From Octopus sinensis (Eukaryota), in the NCBI RefSeq assembly GCF_006345805.1, contig NC_042997.1:107384001-107448000 (forward strand): DNA of 64,000 bases, given 5' to 3'. A model generated the notes under the pieces. That model made no database searches, was not told the DNA's origin, and saw only the letters and a program-made list of their open reading frames with translations. A program made the translations under genes and the position numbers. Shown here one piece after another: positions 1 to 46,600 of this stretch (positions are counted from its first letter, which is position 1; the number at the start of each line of letters is the position of its first letter).

Positions 1-1504
1 AGCAAGAATGGATGAGGATAGCTGTGTGAAAAAGTGTCACACCCTAACAGTTGAGGGAACCTGTAGACGAGGTAGACTCAGCAGGCAGAACAAGCGTGAT
101 TGTTACCAGCGTTGCCTTACTGGCAATTGTGTCAGTGGCATGTGAAAGACAACATTCGAGCAAAGTTGTTGCCAGTGCCGCTGGACTGGCTCCTGTGCAG
201 GTGGCATGTAAAAACACCTTTTGAGCGTGGCTGTTGCCAATACTGCCTGACACGCCCTCGTGCCGGTGGCATGTATAAAGCATGTGGTTGGCATTAGGAA
301 GGGCATCCAGCTGTAGAAACTCTGCCAGATCAGATAGGAGCATGGTGCAGGCATCTGGCTCACCAGTCCTCAGTCAAACTGTCCAGCCCATGCCAGCATG
401 GAAAGCAGACGTTAAACAATGATGATGATGATAGGAGAATAAGAATAGCCTGGACAAAATTTAGAGAGCTCTTACTTTTGCTTGTGACAAAGGGCCTCTC
501 GCTCAGAGTAAAAGGTAGACTGTATGATGCATGTGTATGAACAGCCATGCTACATGGCAATGAAACATCAGCCTTGACTGCTGTGGACATGCGTAAGCTC
601 GCAAGGAATGAAGCCAGTATGCTCTGATGAATGTGTAATGCCAGTGTGCATACTCGACAGAATGTTAGTGCCTTGAGAGAAAAGTTGGACCTAAGAAGCA
701 TCAGATACGGTGTGCAAGAGAGACGACTGTGCTGGTATGGTCATGTGACGAGAATGGATGAGAATAGCTGTGAGAAAAAGTGCCACACCCTAGTGGTTGA
801 GGGAACCTGTGGAAGAGGAAGACCTGGGATGAAGTGGTGAAGCATGACCTTTGAACATTAGGTCTCACCGAGGCAATGACTAGTGACTGAGACCTTTGGA
901 AATATGCTGTGCGTGAGATGACCTGGCAAGCTAAGTGAGTTCATAACCTCGTGGCCTATGCCAGGAGTGTAACCAGCCCACTTATGCGTACCTTTCCTTC
1001 ATTGGACACTAAATTCTGCTTGCAAAGACCTGTTGAGGCAAGTGAAGTCGAAATCAAATTCGATGACTGGTATCCATGCTAGTGGAGCACTAAGAAAACC
1101 ATTCGAGCATGACTGTTGCCAGAGCAACAAACTGGCTTCCGTGCCGGTGGCACGTAAAAAGCACCATTTGAGCATGATCGTTACCTGCACTTGTGCAGGT
1201 GGCACGTGAAAAAACATTCGAGCGAGGTCGTTGCCAGTGCCACTGGACTGGCTCCTGTGCAGGTGGCACATAAAAAGCACCATTTGAGCGTGGTTGTGGC
1301 CAGTACTGCCTGACTGGCCCTCGTGCCAGTGGCACGTAAAAGCACCCACTACACTTTTGGAGTGGTTGGTGTTAGGAAGGGCATCCAGCTGTAGAAACTT
1401 TGCCAGATCAGATTGGGGCCAGGTGCAGCCATCTGGTTTGCCAGACCTCAGTCAAATCGTCCAACCCATGCTAGCATGGAAAGCAGAAGTTAAATGATGA
1501 TGAT
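1..1504 (+). mobile_element. Two head-to-tail 5'-truncated RTE-clade LINE copies (1-~430, ~431-1504)
   Basis: Decayed RT C-terminus (RRLCWYGHVTRMDE...EGTCGRGRP), repeated 3'UTR, (GAT)n tails. Confidence 0.88.
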
Positions 1505-1509
1505 AGGAT

Positions 1510-2092
1510 AATATGGCAAGAACGATCCATTTGTAGCTCTGTAGAAATCCTGGCCTACAAAGAGCAAAGATGTGGTATGCCTAAACTCCAGAAGAAGTTA
1601 CGGAGAATTAAGATTTCAAAATCCTGTGAGATGCAATGATTCAGTGTGACCATCAGATTAAACATTGGAAACCTGACATTGTTGTGGTGGACATAAGAGA
1701 AAATGCTTCCACGATAATCGATGTAGTATGTCTTGTGAACAACAGAATCAAAGAGAAAGAAGAAGTAAAAAATGAACAACTTTGATGACTTGAAGTGGGG
1801 AATATGGAAGTTGTGGGCAATGAAGAGAGTGGAGGTGATACTAGTAGTGATTGGCATGCTTGGAAGTATCAGCATTCAACTACCAATATGGCTGAAAAAG
1901 ATTGGTACAAATGTAAAGATAGAACACCTATGAAAATCATCATTGCTTGGAACTGCAAGAGTTCTCTGCAGGGTTCTTGAAGCATGATCAGTAAACAAGT
2001 GTCACCTTAGTCTGCTGGCTGTGGGCAGCTAAACACTTTCCATCACATCCAGTAAAATAAGCTGAGAATTTTCATCAAATAATAATAATAAT
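1510..2092 (+). mobile_element. Decayed R4/Dong-clade non-LTR retrotransposon 3' end with restriction-like endonuclease domain
   Basis: KIL*DAMIQCDHQIKHWKPDIVVVD...IIDV...then LLGTARVL; ends in (TAA)n at ~2078-2092. Confidence 0.75.
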
Positions 2093-2302
2093 GATTTAAG
2101 ATACCATCCAGCAGATAAAAAGTTCACCATTGATTTATTGACAACTCATAAAATAATACTTGCTAGACAATAATCCAGCTGATTTCTGTAATTAGCTGGG
2201 CCTAACATGTGGCAGGTGCTCAGAGCACATACATGTGCAATATAATATAACAAGTTAAAATGATAAGAAGGATAGAAATTTGATGTTTCTTATTTGGATA
2301 AA

Positions 2303-2515
2303 TATTTAGCATTCAAATTACTCTCTCAAATATAACGCTTATTCGTATTGTTTTCAATTAATCCTGCATTATCTCATAGTTTCAAGATTTCGAAGATGTA
2401 ATAATTTATTTCTAGAATGACATTGTAGGATAGGTGTGATAGGTTGGATCTGGTCAGTTGTACTTAGAACAGGTAGAAGTTTTTGGCCAGATTTGGCCTG
2501 TTTAGATATCATCCT
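2303..2515 (+). mobile_element. Decayed piggyBac-family MITE
   Basis: tttagcattcaaattactctctcaaat... similar to the 50789 terminus and the 62940-63116 MITE. Confidence 0.6.
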
Positions 2516-2559
2516 TTTAATGGTTATTTGTGTGTTCCTCATAACAGGACTGAAGCAGA

Positions 2560-37404
<34,845 letters not shown>

Positions 37405-37421
37405 AAAATAACAAAACCTGA

Positions 37422-37427
37422 TTTATT
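37422..37427 (-). promoter_or_regulatory. Candidate borealin poly(A) signal AATAAA
   Basis: TTTATT on the + strand, 115 nt beyond the borealin stop. Confidence 0.55.
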
Positions 37428-37481
37428 TAAAGCTAAAAGATTTTTACAGAAGCAGCAGCAGCTATAGTGAATATGCCAAGA

Positions 37482-37487
37482 ATTAAA
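37482..37487 (+). promoter_or_regulatory. Candidate SHQ1 poly(A) signal ATTAAA
   Basis: About 80 nt after the stop, followed by a T-run near 37507-37518. Confidence 0.5.
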
Positions 37488-37541
37488 AATACAAAGAGTG
37501 TGAAAATTTTTTTTTTTTGGAGAGAGAGAGAGAGGAAACCT

Positions 37542-37628
37542 TCATTCTTTTATCACTTCTAAGACCTCATTCAGTATTTTTATAGACTCAGTTCCTTCAA
37601 GAGCTTCATTGATAAGTGCTGTACTGAT
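37542..37628 (-). CDS. CDCA8: Borealin last exon (ISTALINEALEGTESIKILNEVLEVIKE*)
   Basis: Long pyrimidine tract + taatag acceptor; TGA at 37544-37542. Confidence 0.88.
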   Translation of the reverse strand: MSTALINEALEGTESIKILNEVLEVIKE

Positions 37629-40600
37629 CTATTAAAAGAAAGAAAGACAAAAAAAAAAGAAAGAAAAATAGTTAAATGGAAGACATTATTACAGCAGAAA
37701 GCAGTAATTTCCATGGGTTAGTTTACTTACTCGTTCCCTGATTTTCTCAATTTTAGTTTGAGACCGAACAACAACTGGGCTTCCTGCTAATGACATGAAC
37801 CTTTCACCTTGTCTGGGACTGCGATCAAATGGAGTGATAGGTAACCTTAGAACAGATAAAAAAATAAAAAATAATACTAATAATAATAATATTAGTATTC
37901 AAAATGACTTTCTACAGCCATTTTTCATTTAACTTACTTTCACTTTAGATGAATTTAAGAAAGTAGGATCACTCACCTGGTATCAAACTTTGGTGTAATT
38001 GCAGGGGTCATTAAAAACTGTGAAGATGACCAGTTCGTCAAGGGGGTTTGTTGCCTACAGAATACATAAAAATCATCAGTAAAATAGTTATCATGATGAA
38101 AATTAATTCATCGGCATCGTTTAGTGCAAGCTGCAGAGGGCTCCAGTCTGTTTTGATTCTACAGCTGGATGCCCTTCCTAATGCCAACCACCCTGAGAGA
38201 GTACTGGTCATGACTATGATTTCACTAAGCTTCACATGTCTTCTCAAGCATAGTAAATCACCAAAAGCCTTTGTCATCACCACCTTATCCCATGTCTTCC
38301 TAGCTCTACCTTTTCCACAAGTTCCCTCTACACTTAGAGATCGGCACTTTTGTTTATGCAGTTGTGCTTGTCCGTATGCATCACATGACCCTACCAATGC
38401 AGTCCTCTCATTTGCATCCTACATCTGAGGCCTCTTATACCCAGTTTTTCTCTCAAGGTGCTTAAACTTTATTCTACGTGCACACTGACATTGCCCACCC
38501 AGCAGAAGAGCATACTAGCTTCATTTCTTTCAAGCCTTTGCATGTCCCCAGCAATCACACAATCTGCTTTTTACTCTGAGGGATAGAAGCTCTCTGAACT
38601 TCGCCCCCAGACAATTCTTATTCTAGCAGCCATGTTCACTGAGCCTCTAGAGTAATGAAAAGTAACATTCTCAGTTTTACCACCAACACTATGGACAATA
38701 AGCTGAGAAGTAGCTTTTCTTATAAAGACGAGAGGCGATTGTTGTAAGCATTTAATGTTACACAATCTGAGAAATTTTTGCTGAAGAGAACTTTTGATTC
38801 CAGATAGATAGAAAAAGTCTGGAATTGAATGCTGATATAAATACAAGTCAGGTGTGAAAGCAATAGTCTAATAGCATTTTTGTAGCAATAAGAAACTCAA
38901 AAGATTTATTAGAGGAAAGGAAACTTACTTTGCATTTGAAACAGTTCGTTTGCTAGATCTCTGTTAATAAAAACAAAAACAATTTTCATCAAAACCTTTA
39001 CACACACTACTGAAAAATGAATGCAATGAGATTTAAAATGACTGTTGCATAACATTCCTTGATGCAAAGTTTCAAAAGTGTCAAATATTTAGATGACCTC
39101 CATTGAAAAAACTGATGAGCATTTTCTGTTTGTAAGATGATACAAATAGAGGTCATAACTTTTACATATTATGCAAAGTTAATTTCTAGATGTTAATTAG
39201 TCTTATTATTAATTGGACTTAATTTTAGATAGCAAAGCTGTTTATTCATAGATACAATTATTCTCCAAGTTATTTCAATTAATATCAAAGGTCAATTAGT
39301 CTATTGAAATAATTTCCATAAAACCAAATTTCAAACTCTACAACATCAAGTAATTATATCTTACCGTTTTAATTGTAGAAGGTGGCTGCATTGAACCTTT
39401 TGTATTTCGGGGTCGTCTTTGGCGCCTTTAAAAATTAGATTAGTTTCATATTTCAAACAAGATTTAAATTTAATTGAATCAGCCTGTCCTCTCTTAAGAT
39501 TATCACTTTTTCTATTTGTATATCAACTCTCTTTAGACATTAATGGAGTAGATTCTTACAATGTCTGGTATTATGCTGGAACTTACTTCCACTTTCTACA
39601 TTGCTGCCTAATTCTAGCAATAATTGATATTATTTGAAACTTCTTTCCGTAATAGACATCAAGCATTTACACCAATTCAAGAGAAAGCCACAAGTGGAAT
39701 TTGAATAAACAGATATGGATTCTTATTTATAAGTATCTTATCTTCCAGTAAAATCAGGCCACAAGATCTTTTCTAGTTCCACAGCAAGACAAAATCTTGA
39801 TACGACATACTAAATCACTCACGTCCAATTAATCAGTTAATGACATTAATTGAAGAGTTGTAATTAACATAATCATCATTTACCGTCTGCTTTTCATACT
39901 AGCAAGGGTTAGACGGTTTGACTGAAAGCTGATAAGCCAGTGGGGCTGCACCAGGTTCCAGTCTGGTTTGGCAAGGTTTCTATGACTGGATGCCCTTCCT
40001 AACACCAACCACTTCGAAAGTGTAACAAGTGTTCTTTACATGCCACTGGCAAGGGTGCTATTAACCTGACACCAACATTGGCCATAACTATGGTCTCACT
40101 TGGCTTGAAAGGTCTACACAAAGATGGCATATCTCCAAAGGTCTCGGTCATTTGTCATTGCCTTGATGAGGCCCAACATTCAAAGATTGTGCTTCACCAC
40201 CTCATCCCATGTCTTCCTGTGTCTACCTCTTCCACAGGTTCCCTCCACCATTAGAGTGCTACACTTCTCCATACAGCTGTCCTTATCCATTTGCAACACA
40301 TGATCATACCAATGCAGTCGTCTCTCTTGTGCACCACATCTGATGCTTCTTATGCCCAACTTTTCTCTCAGGATGCTTACACTCTGTCCTTAGACATCCA
40401 GTCTATGCATTTCCTCAGTAGTGACAGCCCATGTTTTACTGCTGTGTAGCATGGTTGTTCGCACACAGGCATCGTACAATCTGTCTTTCACTCTAAGGGA
40501 GAGGCACTTTGTTACCAGCAGAAGTAGGAACTCTCTGAACTTTGCCCTGCCTATTTTTATTCTAGCAGCTACGCTTTCAGAGCATCTACCCCTGCTACTG

Positions 40601-43600
40601 ACTTGGTCACCTAGGTAATGGAAGCTACCCACTACTTATTTTCTCCACTAGCATGTGATGGAATCTATTTTCTGTACATGTTTGGTGTTCATTGTACCTG
40701 TGCACCTTCCACAAATGAAAACTATCTACCCAGTTAACTTTCCTCTGATATTGCTGCACCTCTAATGTGTCCATAGCTTGCACCGGGTACATCTTATGGA
40801 GTTTCTACCTATGCTTTTTTTACAGATTGAGCAGGGCCATCTAACTGAAGGGATTTGTGATTTGTCTGCCTTCCTGCTTACTAAGACTTTGGTTTTTGCT
40901 AGGTTAACCCTAAGGCCCTTCAATTCTAGACCTTGCTCCCACACCTGAAACAACTTCTCTAGTTCTGGTACTAATTCAACTATAATGAATAAGAGGGGGC
41001 TGAGGACTGATTCTTGGTGAACCCCTGCTTCTACCCAGAATTCTTCACTATACTAGTTGCCAACCCTCACCTTACTGACAGCATCCCTGTACATGGCTTG
41101 TACAGCTCTCACCAACCACTCATCTATCCTTACTTTCTGCATTGACCACCAGATAAAGGATCAGGAGACCCAGTCAAAGGCTTTCTCCATGTCAACACAA
41201 GCCAAATACAGAGGTTTATTTTTGGCTAGGTACTTCTCCTGTAGCTGTTTTACCAGTAATATAGCATCAGTGGCCTCTCTCTCTCTCTCTCTGGCACAAA
41301 CCCAAAACCCTCTCCCTAATTAGTTGGGCTATGACCTTCTCCATGACTTTCATCACTTGTCCGATCCAACAATCTGATACCTCTGTAATTATTTCTAAGG
41401 CATCACCTTTAACTTTGTATCAGTTGATTGTGGTTCTGCTACACCAGTCATTGGGTATGATTCCTTCAAGTATCACATGGTTAACTCTATGGGTAACTAG
41501 CCCAAACCTACACAACCAAATATTTGAAGTGGTGATTCCTGTCGAGCCAGAGAATTTCCCTGTCTTCACACTCTTAATTGCTTTATCTACCAAAGTACTG
41601 TCAATTTGGATAGCTTGTCCCTTAATTGGGTCAACATTTGGCAGGCTCTCTTTCTCACATTCATTCTCTTCATTTAGCAACCTTTCGTAGTGACATCTCC
41701 AAGTCTCTTTCTTTGCAGAATTATTAAATGCAAGTGAACCACAATCCATGTGAACACATTTCTTTCCTATGGCATCACAATTCTCACACACTGTCTTGCA
41801 ATACAAAACACTTCAAGTTTCTGGTCCTCATGATGCAGAACATTGGCAAATCTCTTCTTTTCTGCTTCCCCTCTGGCTTCTCCTAGCTTCTCTTCTGGCT
41901 AAGTGAATCTGTCTCCTAGCTCCTCTTCTGGCTCTCAGCTACCACTGCACTTCCAGTCTTGTTTCTTTCCCTAATGACCCTGTTAATTACATTGTTCCAC
42001 CACCATGTCACCTTAGGTCAAGAGAGGGCTTTGCACCAGCCACATCATCATCATTTAATGTCCGCTTTCCATGCTGGCAATGGGTTGGACAGTCTGACTG
42101 GGGACTGGTGAGCCAGATGGCTGCACCAGGCTCCAATCTTGATCTGGCAAAGTTTCTACAGCTGGATGCCCTTCCTAATGCCAACCACTGCAAGAGTGTA
42201 GTGGGTGCTTTTACGTGCCACCGGCACGAGGGCCAGTCAGGCGGTACTGGCAACGGCCACGCTCGAATGTTCCACATATTTGTCCTGTAGGAACCTCCAG
42301 TTGTCTTCCACATTATGTAATGCTATATCCTCCTCTTTTTCATCAAAAGCTGCAAGTAATACGTCTCTAAATCTCTGTCCATTCAGGGGATTCTTAAGCT
42401 TCCAGACCCTTCTTTTTTATGCTGGTCATCCTCTGGGCAGCCATTTAGCCCTGTTCCTGAAGTCACTAACTACTAATCTATGTTGTATGGTGCATTCTTC
42501 ACTTGGGAAAGTTTTGGCTTTTATAAGTAGCCACCTTTCTCATTTACTGGTGAGAATGTAGTCAATTTGACTAGTGTGTCCACCAGATCAGTAGGTGAAC
42601 AGGTGACTGGCAGGTTTGCTGAAGTTAGTATTACACATCATAAGATTATTTGCATCACAGAACTCCAGCAGCCTGGTTTCCTCCTCGTTGCGGGAACCGC
42701 ATCCATTCCTACTAAGTACACCATGGATGTTGTCTAACATGACCATTGAAGTCACCAACCACAAAGAGAAGGTCCCTGTCATTCGTTGACAAAGTAGTCT
42801 GCAAGAGGGTCATAAGATCAATCTTTCTGTTCATCAGGTAGCCCTGGCTGAGGGGCATAGGCCAAGATAATGGTTGCTATGCCATGTTGCAGCATTAGTC
42901 TAAGCTTAAGTATTCTATCACAGAATCTGACTACTTCGATTACCGTATCAACCCATTTCTCAGCAAGGAGTATACCCATGCCTCATCAGTGTTCTCTACC
43001 CAGAAAATCTTATACCTATGTTCTTTGCGCGTAAGGAACCTAGCAGAACCTCCTCTTCACCATAACTCTTGGATACAACACAAATCTACACGCCTCCATT
43101 CAAGTAACTCACCAGGCCTACCTTTCAATGTGCCAATTCTGAGGGTGTGAGTTGGCGAGACCCAGGGATGGGGTACAGCATTTTGCATCTGAACAGAAAG
43201 CTCACATGTACGTTTGGCAGACATCATAAACATACAAATAGGCTTCAACCTGCATACACTTCACAATCACTTGTTTACCAGGAGAGAGACACTAGATAGG
43301 AAGGGGGGGGAGTGTTCCATGTAGGCAACCATTAGAAGTACTAGGAGAAAGACTTCCAGTACAGGTGGCTGGGAGGGTGCAATGCAAACGACAAAACACT
43401 ATGGACGCCCTATTCCCTAGCTAAAGGCGATGTAACATATCCACAAACAAAGCAAAAACCACTAATTAACATGGGAAAGCAAGAATACAGACATAGTATG
43501 GGCAAGCGAAAATGTAGTAGGTAAGAAAACGGAGAGAGATAGGTGAAATTTTCAAGAATTAGGACTACGGTAGAGGAAACAATAGAACATTTGCATGAGA

Positions 43601-46600
43601 TTGCAGGTAACAAAACAAAACAAAACAGGAAGAGATGGAATTTTCGAGATTTAGAGCAACAGAATTGAACAATCGGATTTCTTAACTTTGTGGCTAAACA
43701 GATAACTAAATGAATAATAATAATTATTATAATGAGTGCTGAAAACCTACAAAAGCAGAGTTTCCTGAAGTCACACTGCAACATTTAAAAATTAGTTTTG
43801 GCAGAGGATGAAATCTCCTGGCAATATTTGAGAAGAAAGAATAGTTTTTCTAGTTTAGTTCTGACAAGAGACTTGATACAAACTAATTTGTTCTGACAGG
43901 TGTAGTTTGGTAGTACCATCTGAATATTCAACACATGCACTACTACTAACTCACTTTTCTTTCCTCCCATTTGAAACCTGTTCACTGTAATCAATGAAAA
44001 GGTTTGAGGTTTACCGAAAGTAAACACTCAGCAGTACAACTTGTTAATTTACCAATTGAAATACACCATTATTATCACAATAAAAGAATAGCAACCTAGT
44101 ATTTTGTAGTCGATTTTAATGATTGAGATTAACAGAAAAATAACAGGTTTACTTACAAAGTTCTTTTGATACTCATATCGATAGCATCTGAAGAATGAAT
44201 CAAAAGATAAAAGTTCCATTTAGTCGAATTGGTTTGGAAGAAGAGAATGTTGGGTGTTAAATATGCTTTATGACCATTTCGTTAGCTACAGATATAAATT
44301 CCATAATTTAGCACTCTCTCACTAATGTCATTGTGAAGACACGAAAAGTTTTGTTTAAAAAAAAATTTAATCAAGTTGTTACTAACATTAGACTACCCAT
44401 GACCTATTGGATCACCTGGAAAGTCTGAGTTTCCCAGCAACAGATATTGGTTTTGTGGGGTTTTCTCCCTCCCCAGGTTATTTTGTATGCTTTCAACGAA
44501 TGTGACATCGAAATCATGCATAAATGGCACCTATTTCTTGCACACCCTGCTACCACATAGCAACCAAATCTTTGGAACTGAGATACGTTGAATGTAGTCG
44601 AAAAGTTTTTTGCAACGGTATTCCTCTGGGGCAATCTTTTGCTTTGACTCTAGATCAACTGGTTTTGTTTGTTAATTTCTGTAAAACTTTTTTTATTTAT
44701 TCATGTTTGTTTTAAAGTAAAAGTGAGGAGAAAGTCAAAGATATATGAAATGGACATGCGTGAGAGAGTGCCACTTACACATACATGAGAACACACTCAC
44801 TCTCTCACACACATGCACACATACATACAAAAAAGATGTACTCATATGTATTGATGTATGTATGCATACATGACAACACACCCCTTCACTCACTCTCTTT
44901 CACACACACATGCCATTTCATATACATGTACATACATCTTTCACTTTAAAACAAAAGGAAATAAATAAAAAAATTTTTTATGGAAATTAACAACTTGAAA
45001 ATAATTAAAAAAAACATTAAAATTGTCTGTTTAAAGAAAGCTAAAATATAAATTCTTACTGTACAAACAACTTACATTTTTGAAATCACATTCAGTTAAA
45101 AATATTTGTAAATGATTAAAATATTGTGTACGTCAAAAGGTTAACGTTTTTTTTTCTTAAGAGAGCGCAAAAACTATGTGTATGCATATATCACAGATAG
45201 CAGACGTGTGTTTGTGTTGACATACCATGACATTCATTATGTGTGTTGACATCATGGAAGTGATGTGTTTTTTTTCTGTCAAGAAATAACAAACAAATAA
45301 ATGGTCCCAAAAAACTTGTACTGCACTGCTAAAGGTAAGTATGAAAATAAATATGCAAAAAAAAAAATTAAGATAAGACATACCATTTCTGAGATATTTC
45401 GGGTACACACAAACATCTCCAGAGTTTTAGTATTATCAAGATGAGAAAAGAACAGGTTAGAAAGTATGCAGGACACTTGGTTGCACTGATAATGATATGT
45501 AATGATACCTGTTGGCTGAAAGGGCAGAGGTCAGTGAAGGTGGGCCCTTTTGATTGAAGTAAAACCCAATGAAATATGGGAATTACTGTTTAGCAAACCA
45601 TTACAAGCAATTTATACACAGATGTAAATTATCATCATCATCATTATTTTAATGTCTTCTTTATCAATGGATTGAACAAAACCCAAGTAGCTAACCCATA
45701 TTTTTCAAATAAAGGATTTGTACTCCTCTGCTCTTTACACAATGAAAAGTTATGTGACAAATTGCGTACAGAAGACAAACAAATGCATTGCTGCCCAAAC
45801 TTGATGGGAAAAACTCTAGGAAACACACAGCTATGTAATATTTATTTCTTTATTGCCCACAGGGGGCTAAACATAGAGGGGACAAACAAGGGGATTAAGT
45901 CGATTACATCAATCCCAGTGATTAACTGGTACCTATTTAATCGACCCTGAAAGGAAAAGGGTTAGGGTTACATCTATGTAATATTAAAGACATGACTGGG
46001 TACTCAGCTATAAAGGTTTCCATAAATCACTGCTCTTAGACTTTTGCAATCTCATTGTCTCAAATTGTCTGACAACAAGACAGTCATACACACTAAAAAA
46101 AAATTACACACACACACTGAACTTCTGTGTAAGTTCTGCCTGCCAAATTTCACTACTAAGGCATTGATCAACGTGAGGTTATAGAAGAAGTCACTTGATC
46201 TAGTGGGATAGCAGCCCTACACCCTGATATAAATTTATGAAAATATGTTTCACTAACCTGTCAACAGTTCATTTTCTATAAGTGGCTGTAAATAAATAAA
46301 TGAATAAAGTGACATTTTGTGAAGGAATAAAGCAAGAGCTAACACAGAATAAGATTATTGTTCTGTGAAAACTGCCAGCAGGATCAGACATATTTTAAAG
46401 TGTTCAAAAATTTATATTTTACAAGAGAAAGCCGAATGCCAGCTTTGAGTTGGTCGATTGGTTTCAACATCAAAATTAATATCAATATTTGTGTCAGCTG
46501 AAAATAAAGATTGTTGCTTTCCTGGATAGGCTGGCTTGACGGATAAAGAGTAATTCAACGATAAAAGACATTGCAATATGTAAAAATGACATGAAATCGA

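Noticed and set aside
1141-1335. Spaced repeat units resembling a CRISPR array
   Set aside because: Eukaryotic context; the units are degenerate internal repeats of the RTE 3'UTR with homologous spacers and no cas genes.
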